A stretch of DNA of 64,000 nt from an uncultured delta proteobacterium (GTDB lineage: Bacteria; Desulfobacterota; Binatia; UBA9968). Positions within the stretch are counted from its first letter, which is position 1, and every line of letters begins with the position of its first letter. The stretch lies in assembly GCA_963816145.1 (NCBI GenBank), contig CAWFJP010000014.1, forward strand, positions 288,001-352,000, read 5' to 3'. This document shows positions 38,569 to 48,738 of this stretch, in pieces. Position numbers and translations under genes: made by a program. The notes beneath the pieces are model-generated. The model made no database searches. It was not told where the DNA came from and saw nothing but the letters and a program-made list of their open reading frames with translations.

Positions 38569-39513
38569 ATGGACTACACCACACTCGGTAAAACGGGATT
38601 GAAAGTTAGCGTGGTTGGTTTAGGCTGCGGCGGGCCGAGCCGGCTGGGGATGCGCGGCGACGTCGGCGCGGAAGATCATGCGGTTCGCTTGATCAAGCAG
38701 GCGCTCGATCTCGGCGTCAACTTTCTCGACACCGCGCAGAATTACGGCACCGAGGGCGTTGTCGGCAAGGCGATTGCCGGGATGCCGCGGGATCATGTGG
38801 TCATCTCGACCAAGAAGACCTTGCCAACCGCCGATGAGGCGAATCCGGAAGCGGCGATTGTCCAAGGATTGGAGAAGAGTCTAAAACTTCTCGGCACCGA
38901 TTATATCGATATCTATCATTTGCACGGCGTTGAGCCCAAGGATTACGAATTCGCGCAAAACCGGCTGATCGAGCCGATGCGCCGGCTCCAGGAGCAGGGC
39001 AAGATTCGTTTTGTCGGTGTCACCGAAGGGTTTGTCGTCGACACGAGTCACACGATGTTGGCCGACAGTCTCAAGAAAAATCTCTGGGACGTGATCATGG
39101 TAGGTTTCAGTTTGCTCAATCCATCGGCGCGGAAAAACATTTTCCCACTGACTCTAAAGAGCCGCGTCGGCGTGCTCGATATGTTCGCTGTGCGTCGCGC
39201 TCTGAGTCAACCTACGCGGCTCAAGGAGATGTGTGTCGAGTTAGTTGAGAAAGGCGCCATCGCAAAAGGCGCGCTCGATCTTAACGATCCTCTCGGTTTC
39301 TTGCTCAAAGAAACCGACGCCGCGACGTTGCCGGAGGCGGCGTATCGTTACTGCCGCCATGAGCAAGGTGTCGACGTCGTTCTCACCGGTACCGGCAATC
39401 CCGATCACCTAAAAGAAAACATCGCCGCGATTCTGAAACCGCCGCTGCCCGAAGCGGCGTTGGCTCAACTTGAGAGCTTGTTCGGCGGTTTAGATACCTT
39501 GACCGGGAATTAA
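38569..39513 (+). CDS. Aldo/keto reductase
   Basis: LGKTGLKVSVVGLG, DTAQNYG, LGTDYIDIYHLH, GKIRFVGV. Confidence 0.92.
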   Translation: MDYTTLGKTGLKVSVVGLGCGGPSRLGMRGDVGAEDHAVRLIKQALDLGVNFLDTAQNYGTEGVVGKAIAGMPRDHVVISTKKTLPTADEANPEAAIVQGLEKSLKLLGTDYIDIYHLHGVEPKDYEFAQNRLIEPMRRLQEQGKIRFVGVTEGFVVDTSHTMLADSLKKNLWDVIMVGFSLLNPSARKNIFPLTLKSRVGVLDMFAVRRALSQPTRLKEMCVELVEKGAIAKGALDLNDPLGFLLKETDAATLPEAAYRYCRHEQGVDVVLTGTGNPDHLKENIAAILKPPLPEAALAQLESLFGGLDTLTGN

Positions 39514-39538
39514 TTGCCGCTAGAAAGACTTCCGGAGG

Positions 39539-39576
39539 CCCTCACCCTAACCCTCTCCCATCGGAATGGGCGAGGG
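39539..39576. repeat. boxC-like palindrome between convergent genes
   Basis: CCCTCACCCTAACCCTCTCCCAT-CGGA-ATGGGCGAGGG. Confidence 0.7.
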
Positions 39577-39599
39577 AACTTTCGCAGTTCATGGTATGT

Positions 39600-40721
39600 C
39601 TATTCGGCGGACGACTGCGCTTGGAACAACTTCGAGTATTGTTCCCAAGGCGCCGGCGCGACGCGCGCAGCGGCAAGAGTATCCTCAACATGTTTTTGTT
39701 GCTTCATGCCGACAAGCGCGGTGGTGACGCCGGGCGTCGAGCGGACGAACTGCAAGGCGCGCTGCGCGTCGCTTTCCAGGCCGGCGAAGGTTTCAGCGAT
39801 GACCGGCGGCAGATCGCGGCTGAGCTGGCCTTGCAAGATTGAGGCGCTGCACATCACCGTGAGGCCAAAATCCTGGGCGACTTCGAGCACGTTATGTTGA
39901 TGGCCATGGGCCGGCTGATTGGCATTGGTTAGCGCTTCGCTCATGCCGAGGTTGAGCGGCAATTGGATGACTTTGAAATGGTGCTGTTTGCCGCCGGCCT
40001 TTTCGGCCAACTCGACGACATGCGATAACGACAAATAATCTTTGGCGCCGGCGGCATTGCGAAAGCAATTCCAGGTTGCCATGCCGTACATTTGAATCTT
40101 GCCAGCCCCCACCGCGCTCTCCAATGCTCTGAACGCTTTGACCAGGCGATCATCGAATTCCCCGGCGGTTACTTTGCTTAACTGCGTTTCCGGGTTGTGC
40201 ACGTAATAGATATCTATGGTTTCGACATCGAGATTGCGCAGACTGCAATCGAGCTGGTTGAGCAGATATTTGGGCGCTATGCAGTGGCAGCCGCTGACGA
40301 TATCGGCAGCGCCGGCGAGGCCGGTCTTGATAAAAGTGTTCTCGATGTATTGGCGCGGTTCCTTGGGCGGCGTGCCGTCATAGGGTATGAAGCCGCCTTT
40401 GGTGGCGACGACGATCTCGTCGCGGTTGAAACCCTGGCCGCCGAGTTCTTTGAGCGCCGTGCCGATGGAGCGTTCGCTGCGCTGGAGGCGGTAGTTGATG
40501 GCGCTGTCGAAGACGTTGCAGCCGGCGCCGACCGCCGTGACGACGGCTTGGTGATATTGTTGATCGGTGGCGTCGTCATAGTTCCCCAAGTAAGTGCCGA
40601 GGCCAATGGACGACAACCAAAGATCTTGTGCCTGGCGAAAATGCTCGCTAGGAAGCTTGTCGGCGAATCGCTTGCGGTAACGGTCGGTGCCGGCGAGTGA
40701 TGCCTGTCCGGGAATTTTCAT
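39600..40721 (-). CDS. Aldo/keto reductase
   Basis: SSIGLGTYLG, DSAINYR, VATKGG, IDIYYVHNPE. Confidence 0.9.
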   Translation of the reverse strand: MKIPGQASLAGTDRYRKRFADKLPSEHFRQAQDLWLSSIGLGTYLGNYDDATDQQYHQAVVTAVGAGCNVFDSAINYRLQRSERSIGTALKELGGQGFNRDEIVVATKGGFIPYDGTPPKEPRQYIENTFIKTGLAGAADIVSGCHCIAPKYLLNQLDCSLRNLDVETIDIYYVHNPETQLSKVTAGEFDDRLVKAFRALESAVGAGKIQMYGMATWNCFRNAAGAKDYLSLSHVVELAEKAGGKQHHFKVIQLPLNLGMSEALTNANQPAHGHQHNVLEVAQDFGLTVMCSASILQGQLSRDLPPVIAETFAGLESDAQRALQFVRSTPGVTTALVGMKQQKHVEDTLAAARVAPAPWEQYSKLFQAQSSAE

Positions 40722-41200
40722 TTGGATCCTTTTCCTTTCGCGCCGGCGCCGCGAAATAGCAGGCCGTCGAGGCCGAGGGTGCGGCCGGGACCGGCAAGCA
40801 CGAAGATGGCGAGTGAGATGATATAAAATTGTTGATGGGCCAGCAGATAACCGCCGCGCGCCATGCCGGGGCCGAGATAATAATTGACCAGCATGACGAG
40901 CCCGACAAACGCGCTCAAGCGGGTGAACAAACCGAAGAGCAGGCAGACGCCCGCGGCGATCTCGCCGATCATAACCAGGTAGCCGACCAGCTCGCTATGC
41001 GGCACGACGTAGTTTTGCAGAAAGACTTTGTACCATGGATAGAGATCAAGGCTGGCGATATCGCCGATCTGCCGGCCGATCCAGTCGCCTTTGGGAAAAT
41101 GGCGCTGAAACTTACCGATCCCCTGAAAGAACAGATAATAACCGCAGTAGATGCGCAAGACGGATAAATACCAGAGGTAGGTTCGTTCTCTGAAATTCAT
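40718..41200 (-). CDS. DoxX/DoxD family membrane protein
   Basis: LRIYCG..F...GIGK, GEIAAGVCLLFGLFTR, GRTLGLDG. Confidence 0.82.
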   Translation of the reverse strand: MNFRERTYLWYLSVLRIYCGYYLFFQGIGKFQRHFPKGDWIGRQIGDIASLDLYPWYKVFLQNYVVPHSELVGYLVMIGEIAAGVCLLFGLFTRLSAFVGLVMLVNYYLGPGMARGGYLLAHQQFYIISLAIFVLAGPGRTLGLDGLLFRGAGAKGKGSK

Positions 41201-41272
41201 TACGCTCCTGGGAATTCGCTAACGATCCCTGCCGGCGCGAAGCGTGGTCACGGGACGGGGCACTCGGTGATG

Positions 41273-42040
41273 CTAGAACGCATCCTTCATTTTCCGCACC
41301 GCTGCGAACACCGAGACAGGATCGGAGCGGGTACTCGGGGCGGCGGCTTTCGCACTAGCTTGGATTTCCTTGCTGTCCCAGCGCAAAAACGGATTTGTCT
41401 GTTTCTCTTCTTCCATGGTCGACGGTACCGTCGAGGCGCCGCGGGCGCGCAGCCCTTGGATGCGCTCGAAGCGCGCCGCCAGTTTGGGATTCTTCCCTTC
41501 GACGGTCATGGCGAAGCGGAGGTTGCTTTCGGTATACTCATGGCCGCAATACACTTGGGTATTGTCGGGCAGGGACATGAGTTTTTTTAGCGAGCCGTGC
41601 ATTTGCTCTGGGGTGCCTTCGAAAAGTCTGCCGCAACCGGCGGTGAACAGCGTGTCGCCGCAAAAAAGATTGTTGTCGAATAGATAAGCGACATGACCGG
41701 TGGTGTGGCCGGGAATGAAGAACACCTTGCCCGTAAGTTCGCCGATTTGAATCGTGTCGCCCTCATCGACACCGTCGGTCAAGCCGAAGACTCGCGTCTG
41801 ATCGCTCTTGTGCGCGTAGACTTTCAGTGGGTGCTTGGCCAGCAGCCCTTCATTGCCGCCGGTATGATCGCGGTGGTGGTGCGTGTTCAAAATCGCCACC
41901 GGATCGACTTTTTCTTGCTCGATGCGGCGCAGCACCGGTTCGGCTTCCGACGGGTCGACGATGGCGGCTTGGTTGGTCTTCTCACAGACGATCAAATAAC
42001 CGTAGTTATCTCGCAATAGCGGGATTTGCAGTATCTTCAT
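41273..42040 (-). CDS. gloB: Hydroxyacylglutathione hydrolase (glyoxalase II)
   Basis: DNYGYL, THHHRDHTGG, PGHT, GDTLFTAGCGR, CGHEYT, TNPFLR. Confidence 0.95.
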   Translation of the reverse strand: MKILQIPLLRDNYGYLIVCEKTNQAAIVDPSEAEPVLRRIEQEKVDPVAILNTHHHRDHTGGNEGLLAKHPLKVYAHKSDQTRVFGLTDGVDEGDTIQIGELTGKVFFIPGHTTGHVAYLFDNNLFCGDTLFTAGCGRLFEGTPEQMHGSLKKLMSLPDNTQVYCGHEYTESNLRFAMTVEGKNPKLAARFERIQGLRARGASTVPSTMEEEKQTNPFLRWDSKEIQASAKAAAPSTRSDPVSVFAAVRKMKDAF

Positions 42041-42271
42041 AAGTTTTCCCAAAAGATGTGACTGGTGGAGTAAATCGATTTGGATTCTAGTCGGAACCGC
42101 GCACCTTTTCAAATACCGGCGCAATTCTGTTGTCGTTGAACGGCGCGGCCGATCCAAGCATCCATGACGACCACCCGGCGTCGCACTTCCCTTGGACGTC
42201 ATTGCGTTGCTACGACGCGAGAATGAATCTGCTTGACCCTGTACTCAGAGGTTCTCTATAGTGCCGTTATT

Positions 42272-43450
42272 ATGATACGAGCCGGTGTCGGACAATCGAT
42301 TAACCCCTCTACTGCACACGCTGTCAGTGAGGCGGCCGAGCAAGCGATGAAGCAGGCCGGCATCGGCCGAGCCGATGGCGGTGTGATTTTCTTCACTGCG
42401 GATCACGCAGGACATGGCCAGGAGCTTGTGAACACCCTGGCGCGGGTAATCGGCACCGACTGCGTCACCGGGGCGAGCGGCGCGGGAGTCTTGACCGGCG
42501 CCGGCGAAATCGAAGGCGACCATGGCCTTGCCGTGATGGTCTTTGCCACCGATCGATTTTTTGCCCGGCCGTTTCTCTTCGAACCGCTGCGCGACAATGA
42601 GGCCAACCTAGGCGAAACCTTCGGCGGTTTCCTGGCCAAGGCCCAAGATGAAAAGTCGCTCATGCTGCTGTTCCCCGACACCTACAACGGCAACGCGCAA
42701 GCTCTCTTGCAGGCGATCGAAGCGCGCGCGGGTTTTCATCCGATCGCCGGCGCTGGCGCATCGGAGAACGGCGTTGCCGGGGCGACCTATCAGCTGTGCG
42801 GCGACAAGCTCGCTACCAATGCGCTGGCCGGCATGTACGTATCCGGCGCTCTCGACACGCATATTGACATTACCCAGGGCTGCCAGCCGATTACCGAGCC
42901 GATGACGATCACCAAAGCGGAAAACAATTTGATCCATGAGATCGACCACCAGCCTGCGTTGGAAGTCTTTGCCAAGCTCCTCAAGGGGCCGCTGGCGGAA
43001 GATCTGCGGCGCGCGCTAACGGTCTTGTTCGTTGGCCTGCCGGCGGATCGCAGCGAGAATAGCGTTGCCGCGGGAAAGTATCTGGTGCGAAATATCATCG
43101 GTTTGGACCCTGAAAAAAACATCGTCGCGGTGGCCGAACGAGTGAGCCAAGGCCAGTCGATGAACTTCGTCCTGCGCGACGGCCAGCGCGCGCGGGACGA
43201 TTTGCAGGAAATGCTCCAGCGCCAGCTCGCGCGCTTGAACGGTAAAAAGCCGGCATTAGGTTTTTACTTCAATTGCTGCGCCCGCGGCAGCTCGCTCTAC
43301 GGCATCCCCGGCATCGACGCCGCTTACATCAAGCAGGTACTGGGCGATTTTCCATTAATCGGCATGTTCGGCGGCTACGAGCTCGCGCCGCTCGGGCGGG
43401 CCAATCATTTGTTCGCTTACACCGGGGTGTTGGTTTTGGTTACTGAATAA
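42272..43450 (+). CDS. FIST signal-transduction domain protein
   Basis: GEIEG, TQGCQPI, YLVRNIIG, FNCCARG, GMFGGYELAP. Confidence 0.88.
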   Translation: MIRAGVGQSINPSTAHAVSEAAEQAMKQAGIGRADGGVIFFTADHAGHGQELVNTLARVIGTDCVTGASGAGVLTGAGEIEGDHGLAVMVFATDRFFARPFLFEPLRDNEANLGETFGGFLAKAQDEKSLMLLFPDTYNGNAQALLQAIEARAGFHPIAGAGASENGVAGATYQLCGDKLATNALAGMYVSGALDTHIDITQGCQPITEPMTITKAENNLIHEIDHQPALEVFAKLLKGPLAEDLRRALTVLFVGLPADRSENSVAAGKYLVRNIIGLDPEKNIVAVAERVSQGQSMNFVLRDGQRARDDLQEMLQRQLARLNGKKPALGFYFNCCARGSSLYGIPGIDAAYIKQVLGDFPLIGMFGGYELAPLGRANHLFAYTGVLVLVTE

Positions 43451-43470
43451 CCCTCGGCGCCGTAACTCTA

Positions 43471-43578
43471 ATTTTGGATTTTAGATTTTCGATTTTGGAT
43501 TGCCGGAATAGGACCAAAATCTCCTGACAGGCGGTCTTGTTCCTCGAATCTAAAATCCAAAATCAAAAATCCAAAATC
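43471..43578. repeat. Inverted 7-bp tandem-repeat element between convergent genes
   Basis: (ATTTTNG)x4 at 43471-43501 and (AATCNAA)x4 at 43547-43578. Confidence 0.82.
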
Positions 43579-43603
43579 GGGGAGTGGGGTGGAGCTGGGC
43601 GGT

Positions 43604-45430
43604 CTAACGTCCGACGCGTTTTTTCTTATTGTTGAGATAGTCGACCATGATGTAGTTGCCCATCTGATCGGGGGTGGTGTAGAAGACCCGGCCGATATTG
43701 AGGCGCGATAGCTGGTCGACGAAGCCCTGGCGGTAGTAATCAGCGCCGAGCATGAAGGTATTGATCTTGATACCGCTCTGGGTGCAGCGTTTCACCTCTT
43801 TTAACGTCTCGTGGACGATCCGGCCATGGAGCATGGCCGAACCCCAGCCGCTATGCAGCCGGCCGCCGCGATCGAGGCTCGCCGCGGTCGGCTCGCCGTC
43901 GGTGATTAAAATGATCTGCCGATTGGCGCTGCGGTTCGAGCCCAAAAGCTGGCGCGCATAGCGTAGGGCCTCCTTAATATCCGTGCCATGTTCCATGAAA
44001 TAGGTGAGGGAGACAATGGACGGCAGATCCTCGGCTTGAATCAACTTGGCATTGGAACGAAACGCGACCAAGTGAAGCGTGTCCTGAGGATATTTCGTCT
44101 GGATCAACCGGTGCAGCGCCAGCGCAACTTTTTTGCCGGCGTGCAGCGCGTCGTTCATCAGCATCGAGTAGCTGACGTCGATGAGCAGGGCGGTTTCGCT
44201 TGTCGTGGAATACTCGACGCGGTTGACCGAGAAGTCCTCGGGATGGATTTTTAACGGATCGCCGGGTTTGCGCTTTTCCAGCGAGTTCAAAATGGTCTCG
44301 CTAATATTGACGTTCATCGGGTCGCCAAACTCGTAGGGCTTGGTCTCTTCCATGCGCTCGCCTTGGGAGCCGCGCAGCGAGGTGTTGTGGTTTCCCCAGC
44401 GCCCCTTGTTGAGCATCTGGAAGATTTCCCGCAGCGCTTTGTCGCCGATCTTGCGCATGCCCTTGGGTGTGAGCCGCAGGCCATGGCTGCCGCGCAGGAT
44501 GTAGCCTTCCTCTTCGAGCATCTGCTCGACATTCTGCAAATATTTGAGATTTTCGTAGGCTTCTTCACCAAGCAATTCGCGCAACTCGTCGAGATTCAAA
44601 TCCGACGGATCGCCCATGCCGCGCTGGCCCCAGCGGAGAAAGCGTTCCAAGCCGCGCAGCTGGCTCAAGACCTGTCCGGCCTCGCCCATGCCCATGCGCT
44701 GGGAACCTTGGAACGGGAACTGGTTCATCAACTGTTCCAACTGCTGCATCTGATTCATCATGTCACTCATCTGCTGCAGCTGCTCCTCGGTCATGTTGCC
44801 CATGTTTTCCAACATGCTTTCGAGGTTGTTGATGGCGTTGTCCATCATGCTCGGCAAATTCTTAAGAAAGTTCTCGTCGTTCAACAGCTGGCTCATGCGG
44901 TCGAGCATGTCCATTAGCGACTGCGGGTTTTGCTGGCCGTTCATATTGGACTGGCCCTGCATGCCGCGTTCTTGGATCTGCTGCTTCAATCGTTGCTGCA
45001 GCTCTTGGTAGCGCTGGTAAGCCTCCTGCATTTTTTGGCTGAGTTCGTCCATGCGGTCGGCGAACTTGCCCGACATGCGCTCCATGAAGTTGCGCATCTG
45101 CTCGTTGTAGGCTTCCATCTTCTCAGCCAGATTGCTGAGCTTTTCGCTGAGCTTTTGCTGCTCTTCGGGGGTCAGCTTGAACGAGTCGGGAGAGTATTTG
45201 TTGAGCAGCTCGCGGCGCTTTTCGTCGGCTTGGCGGAGAAAGTCGCGCAGCCCTTTAACCGAGCGCTGGCCGTCTTCAGAGGTAAAGCCCCGGCGCATCA
45301 TGTCGCGCAAAGCGCGGCGCACGCCTTCTTCCTCTAACAGATGGTCGGAGAGCTGATTGATGATATCGTCGGTCGTGGGAAAGAGAATTTCCTGCGTGCC
45401 ATCCCACTGGGTGTAACGATGGATTCTCAT
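43604..45430 (-). CDS. VWA-domain protein with long Met/Gln-rich helical region
   Basis: N-terminal RYTQWDGTQ, LTPKGMRKIG, PYEFGD, MIDAS DVSYSM, ITDGEPT. Confidence 0.85.
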   Translation of the reverse strand: MRIHRYTQWDGTQEILFPTTDDIINQLSDHLLEEEGVRRALRDMMRRGFTSEDGQRSVKGLRDFLRQADEKRRELLNKYSPDSFKLTPEEQQKLSEKLSNLAEKMEAYNEQMRNFMERMSGKFADRMDELSQKMQEAYQRYQELQQRLKQQIQERGMQGQSNMNGQQNPQSLMDMLDRMSQLLNDENFLKNLPSMMDNAINNLESMLENMGNMTEEQLQQMSDMMNQMQQLEQLMNQFPFQGSQRMGMGEAGQVLSQLRGLERFLRWGQRGMGDPSDLNLDELRELLGEEAYENLKYLQNVEQMLEEEGYILRGSHGLRLTPKGMRKIGDKALREIFQMLNKGRWGNHNTSLRGSQGERMEETKPYEFGDPMNVNISETILNSLEKRKPGDPLKIHPEDFSVNRVEYSTTSETALLIDVSYSMLMNDALHAGKKVALALHRLIQTKYPQDTLHLVAFRSNAKLIQAEDLPSIVSLTYFMEHGTDIKEALRYARQLLGSNRSANRQIILITDGEPTAASLDRGGRLHSGWGSAMLHGRIVHETLKEVKRCTQSGIKINTFMLGADYYRQGFVDQLSRLNIGRVFYTTPDQMGNYIMVDYLNNKKKRVGR

Positions 45431-45579
45431 TTGCGTTGAACTATAGCGCAGTTCCGGCGGGTTTCAAACCCAAAATTGGCCTACTGCCGCGGCCCGCCTT
45501 AAACCGGCAAAAACTCTTGCCGGCCCCCTTTGGAAATGGCGGCGACTTCGTATAGAAAATAGAGGGATTAACGTTTGCC

Positions 45580-46701
45580 ATGCAGAATTTCGCTTATGTC
45601 ATCGTCGGCGCCGGATTCGCCGGAGCCGCAACCGCCTATCACCTGGCCCGCCGCGGTATCGGAGACGTGTTGGTCTTGGAACAAGAAAGTATCCCAGGAT
45701 TTCATGCTTCAGGCCGCAATGCCGCAATGCTGCGCCAGTGTGTCGCCGAACCCGACTTGACCAAGCTGGCGCTCGATGGCGCGGCATTTATTCGAAACCT
45801 GCCGAAGGATTGGCCGGAGCCGGTGTTATTCAAGAACAACGGCTCGCTATTGCTCGGCAGCGGCGCCGGCTGGGAGAAGCTCAAGCGCGACGGCGACATC
45901 GGCCGCAGCGTCGGCATCCCCGGCATCGCCGAGTGGTCGCCGCAAGAAGCGGTTCGCCATGTGCCGCTGCTCAAGGAAGCGGAGTTCGACGGTGCGTTAT
46001 GGTGCGCCAGCGATGGCGTTGTCGACATTCATGCGCTCTTGTCCGGTTATCTAAAGTTCGCCGCCAGCCGGGGGGCGCAGATTCGCTACAATGCGGTGCT
46101 GCGTGCGGTGCGTCGCAGACCGGGCGCGGATATCGAATTGGAAACCGCCGATGGGGTCGTGAGTTGCAAGGTCTTGGTCAATGCCGGCGGCGCTTGGGCA
46201 AATGTCGTTGCTGATTTGGCCGGCGCGCGCGCTCTGCCATTGCGCGCATGCCGGCGCCATCTGTTCGTTTCGCCGCCACTGGCCTGGGTCGATCGCCGCT
46301 GGCCGTTTGTCTGGGATGTCAGCCACGATATCTATTTTCGCCCAGAAGGCGAGGGGCTTTTGCTCTGCGCTTGCGACCAAACTGAACTCGCGCCTGGCGA
46401 TCCGCCGTTGGACGAAGGTGTCAAAGACATGCTCGCCGATAAGATCCAGCGCTACATGCCGGGGCTGTCGGAAGTTTCCATCAGCCGGGGCTGGGCGGGG
46501 TTGCGCACTCTGACGCCGGACGGGCGTTTCGTCATCGGTTGGGACGCGCGAGTGGCGGGTTTGTTTTGGGTCGCCGGACTTGGCGGTCATGGCATGACGA
46601 CCAGCGCGGCGGTGGGCGAGTTGGCGGCGGAACTGCTGATCGGCGGGCCGGGCCGGAAGTCGGAGCCGTTCGCGCCGGAACGGTTCGATGCATTGGGGTA
46701 A
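45580..46701 (+). CDS. FAD-dependent oxidoreductase (DAO/sarcosine oxidase-like)
   Basis: VGAGFAG, ASGRNAA, VNAGGAW, WAGLRTLTPDG, GLGGHG. Confidence 0.88.
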   Translation: MQNFAYVIVGAGFAGAATAYHLARRGIGDVLVLEQESIPGFHASGRNAAMLRQCVAEPDLTKLALDGAAFIRNLPKDWPEPVLFKNNGSLLLGSGAGWEKLKRDGDIGRSVGIPGIAEWSPQEAVRHVPLLKEAEFDGALWCASDGVVDIHALLSGYLKFAASRGAQIRYNAVLRAVRRRPGADIELETADGVVSCKVLVNAGGAWANVVADLAGARALPLRACRRHLFVSPPLAWVDRRWPFVWDVSHDIYFRPEGEGLLLCACDQTELAPGDPPLDEGVKDMLADKIQRYMPGLSEVSISRGWAGLRTLTPDGRFVIGWDARVAGLFWVAGLGGHGMTTSAAVGELAAELLIGGPGRKSEPFAPERFDALG

Positions 46702-46713
46702 TGGAGTGTTGGA

Positions 46714-47664
46714 GTGATGGGGTACCGGGAAAGCAAAGTTCAGTGTTTGGCAGTGATGATTGTAATTCTGTGTATTGTCGGCACGAGTTGGGGGGCGCAA
46801 CCTACCAAGGTGCGCATGTCCTACTCGAGCCGGAGCAATTCCAACACGCCTTTCGTCATCGCCTTGCGCAAGGGATTCTTTGCCGAGGAGGGAATGGACG
46901 TGGAGATGATCCAAGTCAATCCGCGCCTCGGCGCAACCGCGCTGCTCAACGGCGATATCGATTTTACCGCCACCTTCGGCACCACCTTGCGCGGCATCGT
47001 CGGCGGTTTTCCGATCAAGTTCGTCGCGGTGTCGGTCAAGAAGTCCGAACACTTTTTGATCGTCAGGCCGGAGATCAAGGAGATTCGCGATCTCAACGGC
47101 AAGAAATTAGGCGTCGCGACGCTGTTCGGTTCGGATCAAAAAGCCGCCGAAGAGATGATCCGCAGCAAAGGCTTTTCGCCGAATATGATCAAGCCAATCG
47201 CGCTCGGCGAATCGCCGGTGCGGGCGCAGGCGCTGCGCTCGGGTCTGGTCGATGCCATCTCGGTCTCCTCGCCGTTCGATCTGACCCTGCAAACCGAGGG
47301 CTTCCGCGCCTTGGCCGGGCCAAAAGATATCGACATGGCGCTGCCGACCTCCGGCATCGCCGTTGCCACCCGCTTGCTGCAGCAGAATCCGCAACATATC
47401 AAACGAGTGGTGCGTGCGTTGATGAAAGCGCACCGATTTGTTTTCGAAAATCGCAAAGAAACGGTGCCGCAAATGATCCGTTACCTGGAACAGAGTCCTG
47501 AGGTAGCCGAACGGTCCTACGATCTCGTCGTTAATTCGCTCAGCCGCAACGGTGAAATCACCGATCAAGAGTGGGAAGCGCTGACCGAGAAAAAGAAGAC
47601 GGCGGACGAAGTGCGTGACTTCACGCTGCTGCGCGAAGTGCAGAAGGAATTGAAGATTCGCTGA
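46714..47664 (+). CDS. NitT/TauT-type substrate-binding protein (true start may be ~40 nt downstream)
   Basis: Signal peptide, KGFFAEEGMDVE, DLNGKKLGV, C-terminal DFTLLREV. Confidence 0.85.
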   Translation: MMGYRESKVQCLAVMIVILCIVGTSWGAQPTKVRMSYSSRSNSNTPFVIALRKGFFAEEGMDVEMIQVNPRLGATALLNGDIDFTATFGTTLRGIVGGFPIKFVAVSVKKSEHFLIVRPEIKEIRDLNGKKLGVATLFGSDQKAAEEMIRSKGFSPNMIKPIALGESPVRAQALRSGLVDAISVSSPFDLTLQTEGFRALAGPKDIDMALPTSGIAVATRLLQQNPQHIKRVVRALMKAHRFVFENRKETVPQMIRYLEQSPEVAERSYDLVVNSLSRNGEITDQEWEALTEKKKTADEVRDFTLLREVQKELKIR

Positions 47665-47842
47665 AGCATGTCGAATGCATGCTCTCTCGACTTGACGTCG
47701 ATCACGAGTATGCGGGACTCCACCGTTCCCGCCCCGCCTCACCTGGATACCGGCTTTCGCCGGTATGACGGATGGTCGGTCCGCCTAATGCGAAATTGGA
47801 GAGTCTCAGTATAATGGGCGCAAACTTACTGCGAGGTGCCGC

Positions 47843-48622
47843 ATGAAAATCCAAGTTGAACGAGGCAAGAAATATTCGGCGCAGGATGCCAAGGCGATCG
47901 TCGATGGCCTGTATGCCAAGGTCCGCGAGCGTTGGGAGGCGCGGGTCAATCAGCGGCCGTTCATGCAGCAATTGATGGCCGGCAAGCTGCCGCTCAAAAC
48001 CTTGCAGCTGTTTTTTCGCAACTGGGGCGCCTACACCATCGAGATCAACACGCTGACCGCCTGCACTTACCATCGCAACATTACTTTTCTCAAAGTGAAC
48101 CGCGATCTGATGGGGCCCATCGGCGAGAAGATCGCCGACGAATTCATTCATCCCAAGCCGCCGGGCCATTTTCTCGTCATGATGGAAACGGCGAAAGCAT
48201 TGGGTCTCAGCGAAGAGGAAGTCTTTACCTCATCAATGCTGTCGGAGTTCCGCGGCAAGATCGATTTCATGCGCACCATCGTCTACGAGGGATCGGCGGC
48301 GGAGTGGTACGCAGCGGTGACCACTGAAGAACAGATCGGCCACTGGTCAGCGGCCTGTTACAAAGCTTTGACTACCCACTACGGCTTCGATCGCGCCAAG
48401 GCGACCTATTTCGCCACCCATGTCGAAGCGGACTTGGAAGAGCATGAAGACGGTGTCATGGGCCACGCCAGTTTCAACCGCATGGCGCTGCAGCGGTTGC
48501 TCGAAACCGGCATGGCCGAAGAGCGGCCGACCTACGGCTTGGATTATTGCGCCATGACTTCCGTGGACTTGCACGGCGCCATGCTGCGGGCGGCCATGGA
48601 AGAGGCGGAGCGGGGGATCTGA
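47843..48622 (+). CDS. Heme-oxygenase-like diiron protein (CADD/PqqC/TenA fold), copy 1
   Basis: PFMQQLMAGKL N-terminus, DE-x8-H, later TEE and YFATHVEADLEEH (HxxxD...H). Confidence 0.72.
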   Translation: MKIQVERGKKYSAQDAKAIVDGLYAKVRERWEARVNQRPFMQQLMAGKLPLKTLQLFFRNWGAYTIEINTLTACTYHRNITFLKVNRDLMGPIGEKIADEFIHPKPPGHFLVMMETAKALGLSEEEVFTSSMLSEFRGKIDFMRTIVYEGSAAEWYAAVTTEEQIGHWSAACYKALTTHYGFDRAKATYFATHVEADLEEHEDGVMGHASFNRMALQRLLETGMAEERPTYGLDYCAMTSVDLHGAMLRAAMEEAERGI

Positions 48623-48642
48623 AAATTTAACCACAAAGGTCG

Positions 48643-48720
48643 CCCCCACCTTCATCCTCCCCCGTGTGCGGGGGAGGAAGAGGAGGGGGGATTGGCCGCA
48701 AAGAGCGCAAAAGGCGCAAA
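48643..48720. repeat. C-rich/G-rich palindrome plus GCAAA-type tail, copy 1
   Basis: CCCCCACCTTCATCCTCCCCCG-TGTG-CGGGGGAGGAAGAGGAGGGGGG-ATTGGCCGCAAAG; near-identical to 53422-53502. Confidence 0.88.
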
Positions 48721-48738
48721 AAAGATTCGGAGGATTTT

